Positions 1 through 10,704 are shown, numbered from the stretch's first letter. The stretch is 63,708 nucleotides of DNA from Promethearchaeota archaeon (GCA_016839585.1 JAEOTZ010000033.1:1-63708), one strand, 5' to 3'. Program-made: numbers and translations. Notes: a model not told the origin generated them from the letters alone.

Positions 1-203
1 AAGTCGAATATAATTCTTTGTCTTTCTTCACCTTCTCTTTGATAAACCTCCTCTCGCTTTTCAATAATAGTTCCAATAATATGAACATTCTTTATTTTCC
101 CAAAAATAGTGTATAGTAAGACATCATTCTCAGAAAATTGACCTTCTAAGACATGCTTAATCATACACTTAATTGCTGGAAATTTACTTTGATAAAAACT
201 CAT
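1..203 (-). CDS. Partial CDS running off the window; probable OB-fold RPA32/RPA2-like protein
   Basis: Manual translation from ATG at 203: MSFYQSKFPAIKCMIKHVLEGQFSENDVLLYTIFGKIKNVHIIGTIIEKREE...RIIFD. Resembles the N-terminus of archaeal RPA2-like OB folds. Confidence 0.5.
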   Translation of the reverse strand, partial: MSFYQSKFPAIKCMIKHVLEGQFSENDVLLYTIFGKIKNVHIIGTIIEKREEVYQREGEERQRIIFD

Positions 204-371
204 TCAAATCTATTTCTTATGATTCATAAATTCTAAATAAATATTATTATATGAACAAATTATTTTAGCTATATTTGTTAAGCTGTAAATAATTATTATT
301 ATTTTCAAATCCTTAATTAAAACTGTGTGTTTTAATAATTTTTGATTTCGTTAATAAATAAGAAAAAGTAG

Positions 372-503
372 TAGCGGGGGTTCGATTTTCAATCTGCTGG
401 AAATCAGCACCTTACTTTTGAACGAACGATCTCAGGGTCTCTCCATGGTAAATATTTACCACATATGAGCCCTGCGGCATAAACCAGGCTAGCCCACCCC
501 GCT
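372..503 (-). tRNA. Initiator tRNA-Met (CAT) with two introns: 37/38 (439-463, 25 nt) and T-loop 59/60 (386-416, 31 nt)
   Basis: Acceptor stem AGCGGGG/CCCCGCT with A1:U72; anticodon stem CAGGG/CCCTG with three G:C pairs; loop CTCATA[intron]A; T arm GTTCG-TTCAAA[intron]T-CGAAC. Both introns fold into BHB-like structures with internal hairpins. No CCA encoded. Confidence 0.92.
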
Positions 504-685
504 TTTAATACCTTGAGGATGGTAAGGACTATAAGATTCATGATTAATCTATATATTACAATATTAAAATTATAATTTAATTTTTTTCTATTTTTATAGT
601 GGATTTTAAAAAGAAATAATAATCAATAACTTTAACTTTTAATATAAATTAGATAGAAGAAGTTGAAAAATGAGTATAAAACTAT

Positions 686-2485
686 ATGACATTCTTAGAT
701 TTTTTCTTTAATCCTTGGTTTATAATTTCTCTCATCTTTTGGATACTAGTAGCTCTGCTAGCATATCTATTAAGAAATAAAAAAGAGGCAGCGTATCTCT
801 TTTTCCCATTATTAGCTATGTTTAAAACTAAAAGGTTAAATAACTTTATAAAAAGAATTTCTAAAAAAGCACCAAAATTTTGGAAAATTTTCTGGACAAT
901 TGGGATTTTTATATCATTTGGATTTACAATTTTTGCATTTTACTTCTTCTTTACAAATTTTATTAATTTAATCACAAATCCAAGAATTGAACAAGCAGTA
1001 GTTCCCTTAATTCCTGGAGTTAACGTTGATCTACCTTTACTTTTTTATCTGATTCTCCCCCTTTTGTTTATATTAACCACTCATGAATTTGCTCACGGTA
1101 TTGCTGCTGGCGCTGAAGGCGTAGACATAAAATCTACAGGTGTTTTAGGAGCAGGCTTCTTTTTTGTAATTGGATTTGGCGCTTTCGTCGAAGTTGATGA
1201 AAGAGAATTAAACTCTATTAAATTCCATAGAAATACGCGGTTAAGAATAGCAGCAGCAGGTACATATATTAATGCTATAACTGCAGGTATTGCTTTCATA
1301 TTATTATTAAGTTTTCCCTTAATGATATCACCTTGGTATCGCCAAGTTGCTCAGATAAACACAGTATTAAAGCAGGAAGAAGGAGGCTTCAATTTTGGAA
1401 ATGTTACTAAAGGGGATGTCATACTAGCAATTAAAATGAAAGAGGCACCTGACGAGGATTATGTTACACTTGACAATTATAAAAAAAGAACGCTAAGTAA
1501 TATTTTAAATAACAAAACTAGTTTAAAATGTTCGATTGGTGATAATCTAACATTAAAAATTTACCATCCTTCAAATGATAAATATTTTGAAAAGAATATT
1601 ACCCTTGGTCCTCGATATAATATAGGAATTAGGTATGAATATATTTCTAATGATGAATTAGAAATAACCAAGGTTTATACTGATGCTGAAGGGGGAAATA
1701 ATTATGGTAATATAACAGTAGGAATAATTATAAATAGAATTGATGGAATACCTATAAATGTTACAAATGGAGATACATTAGAAAAACGTTTAACAGATTT
1801 CAATTTGAATATTATAAATCTATCTTCAAATTCAGAATCATGGATATTGGATGTTGATGTTATTGGTGTTCTCATAGGGATTTTTACGAATACTTTTTGG
1901 ATGCATAAAAATGGAGTTGCTAAATTTTTTACAAGTTTTTTTCCTGAATTCTTATTAAGAGAAATAGCTTGGCTTTTTATTATAGCATTTAGTATAACCC
2001 TCTTTAATAATTTGCCTTTACCTATATTTGATGGAGATAGAATGGTAAAAGAATTACTCAATTGGGGGATTGGGGAAGATTATAAATTAATAAAAAAAAA
2101 GAAAGATAAATATCAGTTTTCACCGGATGCAAATGAATATGATTTATCAGAATATCGTGTAGAAAATGTAAATTCTGTAAAAATTTCAATTCAAGATCCT
2201 GCAAAAATAAAAGAATCCAGTGAAATTGTATTATCAGAAGATAATTATAATCTAATAGATAAATTTGGAGATGGTTTTAAAGAAACATTGATATTAGATT
2301 TACCTGAACAAAGTAAATTGGATAAAAATTCGATTGTTGAGATCTCTTATGAATATTGGTACGATCGAAAAAGACCATTAAAAAGAACTATTATTAATAT
2401 TCTAAGATTATTTACATTAATTATAGTGGCGGGGAACTTTATCTTATCAATTGTGAAATTGGGAGCACTAACTTTTTGGATTTAG
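686..2485 (+). CDS. Site-2 protease, M50 family membrane metalloprotease with PDZ-like inserts
   Basis: HEFAH motif, GAFVE, IAAAG, NNLPLPIFDG motif and several TM segments. Confidence 0.92.
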   Translation: MTFLDFFFNPWFIISLIFWILVALLAYLLRNKKEAAYLFFPLLAMFKTKRLNNFIKRISKKAPKFWKIFWTIGIFISFGFTIFAFYFFFTNFINLITNPRIEQAVVPLIPGVNVDLPLLFYLILPLLFILTTHEFAHGIAAGAEGVDIKSTGVLGAGFFFVIGFGAFVEVDERELNSIKFHRNTRLRIAAAGTYINAITAGIAFILLLSFPLMISPWYRQVAQINTVLKQEEGGFNFGNVTKGDVILAIKMKEAPDEDYVTLDNYKKRTLSNILNNKTSLKCSIGDNLTLKIYHPSNDKYFEKNITLGPRYNIGIRYEYISNDELEITKVYTDAEGGNNYGNITVGIIINRIDGIPINVTNGDTLEKRLTDFNLNIINLSSNSESWILDVDVIGVLIGIFTNTFWMHKNGVAKFFTSFFPEFLLREIAWLFIIAFSITLFNNLPLPIFDGDRMVKELLNWGIGEDYKLIKKKKDKYQFSPDANEYDLSEYRVENVNSVKISIQDPAKIKESSEIVLSEDNYNLIDKFGDGFKETLILDLPEQSKLDKNSIVEISYEYWYDRKRPLKRTIINILRLFTLIIVAGNFILSIVKLGALTFWI

Positions 2486-2521
2486 TTATTATTTGTTATC
2501 ACTTACAAAATTGAACTATAA

Positions 2522-3502
2522 TTGGTTTTAATGAATTATAAAATATTCTTAGAAAAGGGAAAATGTTCTCATTGTAAAAATGTAGTTGTCATTAAACGAA
2601 GTTATTCTGGAGAAACTCTCTGTTCTGAATGTTTTGAAAAGAATATTGAAAAAAATATTTACAAAACTATTTCTAAATATAAAATGCTGCATCCTCATGA
2701 TAAAATTATCGTTGCTTTGTCTGGTGGGAAAGATTCAATTTCCCTCCTCTATAATTTAATAAAAATTCAGGAAAGAACATATAATCCTGAACCAATTATA
2801 GCATTAATGGTTGATGAAGGGATAAAAGGTTATAGAAAAAATAGCATTGAAAAAGCTAAGGATTTTTGTAAGATATATGATATAGAACATAAAATTATAT
2901 CATTTAAGGAAAAGATAGGATATAAATTAGATGAGATCATAAGTATCAAGAAGAAATCTATTGATTATAGATATGCTTGTAATTATTGTGCAACGTTTAG
3001 AAGAAGATTGTTAAATGATAGTGCAAAAGATTTAGGAGGTACTGTTTTAGCATTAGGTCATAATCTTACTGATGTAGCAGAAACATTTTTAATGAATATT
3101 TTATATAAACGCTTTCATATAATAGCAAATCAGTATCTCTTTAAAGAACAGAATAGTAGAATTGAAAATTATTTTATAAGGAAAATAACACCCTTGATGA
3201 GAATTCCAGAGGATGAGATCTTTTTATATGCAAACATAAAAAAATTCGATTATTATCCTTCACACTGCCCGTATAGAGAAAAAGATCCTATAATAAGAAA
3301 GAGGGTATTAGATTTTATTCAGAAATGTAAACAATATAGTCCAGAGATAGAATTCAATCTATTCAATGGATTTTTAGAACTATCAAAATCATTATATTAT
3401 CAGAATGAGAAAAAGAATTATAATTCTTGTCAATTATGTGGATATCCATGTGGAAATACTAAAATTTGCACATATTGTAATTATTTAAAAGATTTTACTT
3501 AA
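2522..3502 (+). CDS. ncsA: tRNA 2-thiolation protein, NcsA/Ctu1/TtuA family
   Basis: PP-loop SGGKDS, central CxxC, GHNLTD, CPY, and N- and C-terminal Zn-finger cysteines. Confidence 0.9.
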   Translation: MVLMNYKIFLEKGKCSHCKNVVVIKRSYSGETLCSECFEKNIEKNIYKTISKYKMLHPHDKIIVALSGGKDSISLLYNLIKIQERTYNPEPIIALMVDEGIKGYRKNSIEKAKDFCKIYDIEHKIISFKEKIGYKLDEIISIKKKSIDYRYACNYCATFRRRLLNDSAKDLGGTVLALGHNLTDVAETFLMNILYKRFHIIANQYLFKEQNSRIENYFIRKITPLMRIPEDEIFLYANIKKFDYYPSHCPYREKDPIIRKRVLDFIQKCKQYSPEIEFNLFNGFLELSKSLYYQNEKKNYNSCQLCGYPCGNTKICTYCNYLKDFT

Positions 3503-4491
3503 CGCGTATTATTAATTAAATATTTTCCTAATTCTTTCAATTTTGAATATTTTCTTATTTCTTCTTTAAAAAGAGGTATTTCAATCAAGTTTTTACCTAA
3601 TTTTTCATTAAAAATTTCTCTTATTTTAATTAGGTTTCTTTGTTGCATCTCTCGTCGGGCTCTACAAAAATTACATAAATCAGATGGATCTTGATATAAT
3701 TGATTTACGACTATATTTGAAACGGGGATATTGTTTTTAATAAGTTCATTTAATAATCTACCTGTTTCTGTTATTGCCATCTCTTCAGGGATCATAATAA
3801 TTACAAATGAATTTTTCAAAGGATTAGTGAGATCATCTCTTGCATTAAGGATGGAATTATTCAATCTTTCTAAAATCTTTAAAGAATTATCATCTTTTTT
3901 TTCCTCTCGAGTAATAATTCTTTTTATTGCGCCAAACATATTTCCAAATTTAATTCTCATTTTAATAAGTTTTCCTATCCATCCCGATAAAGTTTCTGGA
4001 AGACTTAAAAATCTAAGTGTATGACCTGTTGGAGCAGTATCAAAAATTATTAAATCATAATTATGTTCCGTTTCTACGAATTCTAACAGTTTTAATAAAG
4101 CTAAAGCCTCATCTATACCAGGAGGATTCATTGAAGTTAATTCTTGCAAATCTTCCATTAAAGGCATTCCTCCCATAATATCAGGCATACCCATTTCTTC
4201 TATTGGATTTATATTTGTTAATCCACGAAATTCTGAAATATTAGCTTTAGGATTAATTTCTAATGCCGTTAAATTATCAATACCAGGTATTTGTTTTGGT
4301 TCACCTGGAGGTAAATCTACTCCTAGGCTATCACCCAATGAATGAGCTGGATCTGTACTAATAATTAAAGTATTCCGACAATGTTCAGCAGCCCAAATTG
4401 CTGAACTTGAAGCACATGTTGTTTTTCCAACACCACCTTTGCCTCCAAACATTACTATATTTAAATTCAATAAAATTTCTTTTAAATCCAT
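3499..4491 (-). CDS. Get3/TRC40/ArsA-family ATPase
   Basis: GGKGGVGKTT, STDPAHSLGD, DTAPTGHTLRFL and a C-terminal CxxC (CNFC) typical of Get3-type proteins. Confidence 0.92.
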   Translation of the reverse strand: MDLKEILLNLNIVMFGGKGGVGKTTCASSSAIWAAEHCRNTLIISTDPAHSLGDSLGVDLPPGEPKQIPGIDNLTALEINPKANISEFRGLTNINPIEEMGMPDIMGGMPLMEDLQELTSMNPPGIDEALALLKLLEFVETEHNYDLIIFDTAPTGHTLRFLSLPETLSGWIGKLIKMRIKFGNMFGAIKRIITREEKKDDNSLKILERLNNSILNARDDLTNPLKNSFVIIMIPEEMAITETGRLLNELIKNNIPVSNIVVNQLYQDPSDLCNFCRARREMQQRNLIKIREIFNEKLGKNLIEIPLFKEEIRKYSKLKELGKYLINNTR

Positions 4492-4582
4492 AAATTATAC
4501 TCCATTTTACCAATTTTACTATAAATTTTTAATAACCATTCTAATAGAGTCAATTAATTTTAAGATAACACCTAATATTTGG

Positions 4583-5869
4583 CTAATATGTAAGTTTAAA
4601 TCGGAGGATTGCAACTATCCCTCCAAATGTACTATATAGCATTTCTCCTTCTTCCGTCTCAGAGGAAATTATTATTACTTCAGTCCCCATAGTCTCTGCG
4701 ATAGCTCCAAGGTCTTCAATTAATGTAGTTTTTTCTGAAATATCAAATGTGTTCGAACTGCATTCTGGACAGATTTCATCTTGAATTGATGATTCAATCA
4801 TTATTAATTCTTGTTCTCTAGCAGTTCTCGATTCTTTATATCCACAATTAGAACATTCTAAATTTAATTTATACACATCCAATTTTTCAGAAAAAATTAT
4901 TGTATTAATAGCACCAATATTTAATGCTTTTTGGACTTCTTCAAGTCCATATGCAGCTAGTCCAGTATCGTTTGAAATTTCTTTTAAAAATTGCTGCATA
5001 ATTTGTTTTTCTCGGATATATTTTACGTTTTCAATTTTATCCTTTATCTTTTCAATTAATGCTCGAATACCTTCAGCACCTCCGTATCCAAGATCAACTA
5101 TATCCATTATTTTTTCACGCAGTCTATAATCCAAGCTCTCATCGTTTACAAATTTTTCTTTAGAGGGACCAGGTCCTCCAATAAAGATTCCCTGCAAATC
5201 TTCCATAGATAAAAATAAATCACTAATTTCCTTTGAGATTCTACGATAGAACTGTTTTTCTTGTTCCTCAATGTCTCTTTCAAATCTCCTCTGTGATTGC
5301 CCACCAGCTCGATGTTTACCATGAATTCCTGAAGTGAATTCTCTCACAACCTCTACATGTTCACCCCTAATATAGCCTACGGCAGATTTAGATCTTCCAA
5401 TAACAATTAAACCATATGATTCTTTTGGTTTAAGTACTTCTTCTAGTGGCCATAACAAAAATTCATTCGCACAATGATATCTGAATGTTGTAACTTTTTC
5501 CGGAGGGGTGATAATTGTTAATTCATTTTTTTCAGTCCCAGGTGTATCATTTTGCGGAATTGCTCCTGAAAACATAATTAACCCATTTTCTGGAATATCT
5601 CTTATATTTTTCAGTTTACCTAAAAGACTATTTATACTATCTAATACATTTTTTCTAGTTAACTTTGATTTAATATTTTGGCTTTCACTGATTTCATTCT
5701 TAAGATAATTTGTTATATCAGAAACCTTACGATCATGCGGAATGTACAATGAAATTAATTCTGTGTGGAATCCCTTTTTACCTTTAAGGTCATCTAAAAC
5801 TTTTTTCGTGTGATAAATTTGCAAATCGTTGCTTTTCTTTTCTACCATAGAGCTCATAATCATCAACAA
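4583..5869 (-). CDS. prf1: Peptide chain release factor aRF1
   Basis: ELISLYIP, NIKS, YxC and GGQS motifs, Zn-ribbon insert, FGGIVAILRF C-terminus. True start may be a few codons downstream. Confidence 0.97.
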   Translation of the reverse strand: MLMIMSSMVEKKSNDLQIYHTKKVLDDLKGKKGFHTELISLYIPHDRKVSDITNYLKNEISESQNIKSKLTRKNVLDSINSLLGKLKNIRDIPENGLIMFSGAIPQNDTPGTEKNELTIITPPEKVTTFRYHCANEFLLWPLEEVLKPKESYGLIVIGRSKSAVGYIRGEHVEVVREFTSGIHGKHRAGGQSQRRFERDIEEQEKQFYRRISKEISDLFLSMEDLQGIFIGGPGPSKEKFVNDESLDYRLREKIMDIVDLGYGGAEGIRALIEKIKDKIENVKYIREKQIMQQFLKEISNDTGLAAYGLEEVQKALNIGAINTIIFSEKLDVYKLNLECSNCGYKESRTAREQELIMIESSIQDEICPECSSNTFDISEKTTLIEDLGAIAETMGTEVIIISSETEEGEMLYSTFGGIVAILRFKLTY

Positions 5870-5945
5870 AATTATAAAAGATACAAAAGATTAATAGTTT
5901 TCCTTTATTTTAAACTATATAAAGACCTATACTTATTTATGAATC

Positions 5946-6479
5946 ATGAATTCTAATGAGAACCAAGATCATAAGGTTCCAAAGGATCATCCACGTTATC
6001 AGAGTTTGAATTATAGACGTAAAATTATTGAAGGAATGAGAAATTTAATTACTGCTGAAGCTGGTTTAATAGCACATGGTAGGGGAGAAAGTTTTGATTA
6101 TATACTAGGTGAGAAAACAAATAGTATAGCCAAGAACGCTATTAAAGCGGCAGTTGCCCTTTTATTACTAGCTAAAAAACCAGTAATATCTGTTAATGGA
6201 AATACTGCTGCTTTATGCCCCAAATACCTTATAGAATTATCTAATGCTGTTAATGCACCTATTGAAATAAATTTATTTTATAGAAAAGAAGGTAGAATTG
6301 GGGCAATTAAAAAAGTATTGGAAAATGCTGGTGCATCTAATCTTTTAGGTATAGATGAAGAAAAAATGGTTGAAATCAAAGAACTTTCAAGTAATAGGAG
6401 AATAGTTGACCCAAATGGTATTTACTTGGCAGATGTAGTATTAATACCATTAGAAGATTATGCCCATTTTGGAATATAA
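5946..6479 (+). pseudogene. Phosphopantothenate synthetase (4-phosphopantoate-beta-alanine ligase), C-terminally truncated
   Basis: HPRYQSL, GLIAHGRGESFDY, SVNGNTAAL and EINLFYR are present. The family motif PLEDGDR is cut after PLED (~6458) and the ORF stops 6 codons later. Confidence 0.85.
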
Positions 6480-6574
6480 TGGTAAAAAGCCCGAAATTAG
6501 CCCAAAAAGTTATGTGTCACCACTGGATATTAAATTAGCAGACACCATAAATTCAACCCAATTTAGATTGATTA

Positions 6575-7009
6575 TTAAATATGAAAATATTTCTCGTTGA
6601 TATCTTTAACAAAATATACTTTTCTTTTATCTTTAACGGATTCAATTAATTTTGATATCTCATTATTTAAATATTTACTATATGTTGTTTTGTCATAATA
6701 ATAAAAATTCATCTCAATAACTTCATAAAATTCATCAGAAGTAAATTCTTGATTTATTTTAAAAAAATTTGTAAGGCAATATCTCACTATATTTGATATC
6801 GAACCAAAATTTTGTATAACCTTCCTAATAATTTTTTCAATAATTGTTTCAATAATTTCTGATATAATTTCTACTGATTTTTTATTATCAATAAAATTCG
6901 ATATTAATTCATATTTTAATAAATAAATAACTCGATTTTTCATTACTTTATATGAACTTCTTTCTATTTCGTCAATAAATGCTTTTTTTAGGGAATTTGA
7001 AGAATTCAT
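6575..7009 (-). CDS. Hypothetical protein, possible C-terminal winged helix
   Basis: 144-aa ORF; the C-terminus (FTSDEFY...TTYSKYLN...LIESVKDKRKVYF) is wHTH-like. Confidence 0.5.
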   Translation of the reverse strand: MNSSNSLKKAFIDEIERSSYKVMKNRVIYLLKYELISNFIDNKKSVEIISEIIETIIEKIIRKVIQNFGSISNIVRYCLTNFFKINQEFTSDEFYEVIEMNFYYYDKTTYSKYLNNEISKLIESVKDKRKVYFVKDINEKYFHI

Positions 7010-7244
7010 AAATATGAATCTTTATTTTTTGTCGGTAATATATTAATAGGAAAATATATTCTTAAACCTATCTATTCATAAAAATGAATATTATTAATTA
7101 AATCAATAAATATATTTAAATATTTAAGCAGTTATTTCATTATTAGGAAAAATTATATAATTATTAGAGTCATATTATTTAAAAAGTAAGTGAGTATAAA
7201 AATTAAAATAATATAATATCTTTTTATTAACTTAAATTCAAGAG

Positions 7245-7715
7245 TTGATTAAAATCTTAAATATGGAACAATTTAAAAAAGAAGATTTACCTGAAATCTT
7301 TAAAATCGGTTACCTTTCTAATGATGCATCATACGTATTAAACAAAATTTTAAAAACAGATAAACACAACATTGAGACAAAAGATATTAATTCTCTCAAA
7401 GATGTATTTACACTTTTTAAGAATGTAGAAAAAGGTAAAGAAAGGATTAAATCATTTAAATATAGTGGAAAAGATTCAATCAAGATCTCAATATATTGGC
7501 AATTAATAAAACTAATTTTGTCATCTTCTAATCAATCTTTTGAACAAATTCAAAAAGAGATTATTGAAATTCAAAAAGAAATAAAGAATTTAATAGATTA
7601 TTTGGAAAATAATCTAGATTTAGATGAAGTAGGTAAAGAAGAAAAGATTTTAAAAGTTAGAGATTTTTTATCTATCTTAAGCAAAAACTACCAAAATATA
7701 AAATTTAATCGTTAA
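7245..7715 (+). CDS. Hypothetical helical protein, first gene of the dcd cassette
   Basis: 156-aa ORF, co-oriented and 40 bp upstream of the next gene. Confidence 0.7.
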   Translation: MIKILNMEQFKKEDLPEIFKIGYLSNDASYVLNKILKTDKHNIETKDINSLKDVFTLFKNVEKGKERIKSFKYSGKDSIKISIYWQLIKLILSSSNQSFEQIQKEIIEIQKEIKNLIDYLENNLDLDEVGKEEKILKVRDFLSILSKNYQNIKFNR

Positions 7716-7755
7716 TATTAAATACTTCATTTAAAAAGGCTTTATTCACCAAAAA

Positions 7756-9150
7756 ATGGAATCTGTAAATGTTACATTTGATGTGACTTCTCAACTAGTC
7801 AATAATTTTAAACAAGTTTTATTAAAACTGAAAAACGAGAGATATGCATCTATTGGAATTATTCGGGAAATTTTCAAGGTGATAGAAGACATAATTGATG
7901 CTTCTGAACAAAAAATATCAGATCTGAAAGAGGAACTCAAGGAAACAAGTTCAATTGAAGAACAAAAAGAAATTATGAATAAGAATTATTATTTAAGTGA
8001 TGCCTTGAATTATATATTTCCTTTATTACGAGATATCACGTTTTCTACAATAAATTTTATTGATTTTGATGATTATGCTATAATTAATTTTATTCGAGAG
8101 AGAATAAGTTCCATCTCCTTTTTTAAAGACAAAGAAATAGTGTGTCTAATTTCTGCAAGTCTTGGTGAATTGAATTTTGAAATGTCATCAAGATTATTTC
8201 ATAAAAATGTAGAGGAATATTTCAATAAGTTGGATGTTAAATTTCCAGATTTTTCTTTACATATAAAATATCCACTGATTTTTAAAGATAATTTTTTAAT
8301 TAAAACCGCATTCTTTCATGAATTCTCTCATTTAATAGATATTCTATTAAAAATCACAGAAAATTATGTTATTGATTTTAAGAATTATGAAGACAAGATT
8401 GAACCTGTCTTAGAAGATTTCATAAATTTACCAATATACCACGGGCTTCCCGAAACTCTCTTAAAAGATCTTTTTTACGTTCAATTAAATAAAATTCTGA
8501 TAAATTGGACAAGGGAATTGATAACTGATATCATATCTGTAATATTACTAGGACCAGCAAGCAGAAGCCTTTTATTATTTTGGAGTTTAACATCGGGACA
8601 TGGTAGTTTTAACTTTTCACATCCTCCATTTTATTTAAGATGTCAATATCTCTCAAAATTACTTGATATTGATGGTTATGAAAATTTAGAAGAAGAAAAT
8701 AAAGCATTTGAATTATCAGAAAAAATATATGAAGTACCTACAGAGAAAATATTTAATCTAGTTATAAAAATTTTAGAGAGTGAAATGGAAAACATAATTT
8801 CAACATCTAAAGAAAGCTTTAAACTAGAAAATAAGGATATTTTAGATTTTTTGGGAAAAAATAATCCCGAAAAAAAGGTTTTATTAGAACTTGTAAGAAA
8901 TGATATTCCCATTGGTGTATATTTACCTGTTCATAAGTATAAAAAAAATAAAAAAACGTTATTAAAATATGAAAAAAATCCCATTTTCAAGATTTTAAAC
9001 GTATTTTGGGAGTATTACTTTGAAATTTTATTCAATACCAAGAAACCAATTAATGAAAAAATTGGATTATTTAGGAGAATTGAAGAAAGAGCTAAAAAGA
9101 GTATAGATATGTTAAGAGGTTATCAAATTTATGACAAATTCAACGAATAA
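7756..9150 (+). CDS. Soluble zincin metallopeptidase-like protein (M48-like motifs)
   Basis: HEFSH, downstream ELITD...LLGPA and SHPPFYLR motifs. Overlaps dcd by 20 bp. Confidence 0.65.
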   Translation: MESVNVTFDVTSQLVNNFKQVLLKLKNERYASIGIIREIFKVIEDIIDASEQKISDLKEELKETSSIEEQKEIMNKNYYLSDALNYIFPLLRDITFSTINFIDFDDYAIINFIRERISSISFFKDKEIVCLISASLGELNFEMSSRLFHKNVEEYFNKLDVKFPDFSLHIKYPLIFKDNFLIKTAFFHEFSHLIDILLKITENYVIDFKNYEDKIEPVLEDFINLPIYHGLPETLLKDLFYVQLNKILINWTRELITDIISVILLGPASRSLLLFWSLTSGHGSFNFSHPPFYLRCQYLSKLLDIDGYENLEEENKAFELSEKIYEVPTEKIFNLVIKILESEMENIISTSKESFKLENKDILDFLGKNNPEKKVLLELVRNDIPIGVYLPVHKYKKNKKTLLKYEKNPIFKILNVFWEYYFEILFNTKKPINEKIGLFRRIEERAKKSIDMLRGYQIYDKFNE

Positions 9151-9805
9151 TAATAACTCAAAAGGGTGTCTCTTAACTTCTGAAATAATAAGACTAATGA
9201 ATAATGATAAATTGAATAAAAGAATAATTATAGCCCCTTATTTACATGAAGAGCAAATTGGAAGAGATAGTGTTGATATTCGCTTATCTGGAGATCTTTA
9301 CGTTCCGTCAAAAATTAAAGCAAGCTATCTGAATCCTTTGGAACCAGAAAAATTTACTAAAAAATCTGAAAAAATAAGAAAACATTTAAAATTAGATTTT
9401 GGGGAATCTTTCACAATTCATCCAGGAGAGTTTATAATAGCAGAGTCTTTTGAATATATATGCCTTCCTAATAATGTAACAGCTAATTTACAAGGTAGGA
9501 GCTCTTGGGGTCGGTTGGGTTTAGTTGTGCATGCTACTGCGGGGATTGTACATCCTAGTTTTCACGGAATTCTTACATTCGAATTATCAAATCTTGGTCC
9601 TATTCCAATTAAACTATACCCTTTAATGCGAATAGCTCAGTTAGTGTTTTATTATGGAACTGGAGAAGGTTATGAAGAACTGAAAAAATCTCAATTCGAT
9701 TCTTCAATCATCTCCAAAATTCCTGATCCAAATTATGATTTTGATTATAAAGTATTAGCAGAAATAAGAAAGTATAGAAAAGAGCAATTAAGAAAAGATA
9801 AATAA
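9131..9805 (+). CDS. dcd: dCTP deaminase (trimeric dUTPase-fold family)
   Basis: SVDIRL, GRSSWGRLGL, AGxVxPxFxGxLTFELxN and RIAQLVF motifs. Confidence 0.92.
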   Translation: MTNSTNNNNSKGCLLTSEIIRLMNNDKLNKRIIIAPYLHEEQIGRDSVDIRLSGDLYVPSKIKASYLNPLEPEKFTKKSEKIRKHLKLDFGESFTIHPGEFIIAESFEYICLPNNVTANLQGRSSWGRLGLVVHATAGIVHPSFHGILTFELSNLGPIPIKLYPLMRIAQLVFYYGTGEGYEELKKSQFDSSIISKIPDPNYDFDYKVLAEIRKYRKEQLRKDK

Positions 9806-10196
9806 TATCTACCCCCTGAATTCTAAATAATTAGATTAAAATCAAAATTCCTTTGATTTTATATAATTTTATAATGGTCTAAGAATTTTGATGGTTAAAA
9901 AATATCTTTTCTTTTATTTAAATTAATGAAATCCTTTATGTTAATTACTTCATTTAACTTACTTTATTTTAATTTTAGTAAAAATATTTTTATGGGAAAA
10001 AACAAAAATCAGAAAAACTTCTGAAAATAGTGATCATTTTGATGGCCTGTCTTTTCCTTTCATAATAAATTTACTTTTTATTTCACAATATGAGATGTCA
10101 TGTGATAAATCAAATGATTGATAATAATGCTTGTTCTTAGCAAATTTTAAAAGAAAAACATTAGATCATCTATATAAAATATCTAAATTTTCCTAA

Positions 10197-10245
10197 TAAA
10201 AGCAGGTAAACCTGCCAACGCCCTGGATTTTTTCAGTCTTGATTT
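10197..10245 (+). ncRNA. Candidate small structured RNA, copy A of the CCCUGGAUUUUU family
   Basis: TATATAAA at 10171, hairpin GCAGGT-AA-ACCTGC (10202-10215), then AACGCCCTGGATTTTT, identical over 16 nt to 28662-28677 (minus strand). Confidence 0.4.
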
Positions 10246-10269
10246 GATCGTTTTATATAAGAAATTTTT

Positions 10270-10518
10270 TTATAACTCATTTTCTAATAAGTTCTTCTTC
10301 TCTTCATCATTAAATACGTCAATAAAACCTCCTAACTCCTGCCGAGACAGCATGTTCTCATCATCGACAACGCCAAAAAACTCTTTATCAAAATCTAAAT
10401 TACATTTAGGACAATGGATAAAATCATCAAAATCTATGATTTTTTCATTTTTACATCGAGGACAGTAATATTTCTTTTTCTTATTCGCCTTAGTCATTTT
10501 TTTATAGTTTTTATACAT
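10270..10518 (-). CDS. Small Zn-ribbon protein
   Basis: CPRC...CPKC; paralog at 29283-29567. Confidence 0.8.
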   Translation of the reverse strand: MYKNYKKMTKANKKKKYYCPRCKNEKIIDFDDFIHCPKCNLDFDKEFFGVVDDENMLSRQELGGFIDVFNDEEKKNLLENEL

Positions 10519-10704
10519 TTATGAGCCTATTATTTCTCTATCACATTTCTAATTTTGAAATCCTATTAGAATTGAAATTTGGATTTATTAATGTCCTAAT
10601 TTTGATTATTGAATAAAATTCTATTTTTTATGTATTTATAGATTTTGTCCTAGTACATGTCCTAATGCATTAATCTTAAATTAAAAAAAATCAGTTTTAA
10701 AAGT

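Noticed and set aside
6459-6560. Tn7-like or IS terminal repeat at the island junction
   Set aside because: No clear terminal repeat partner or transposase in the window.
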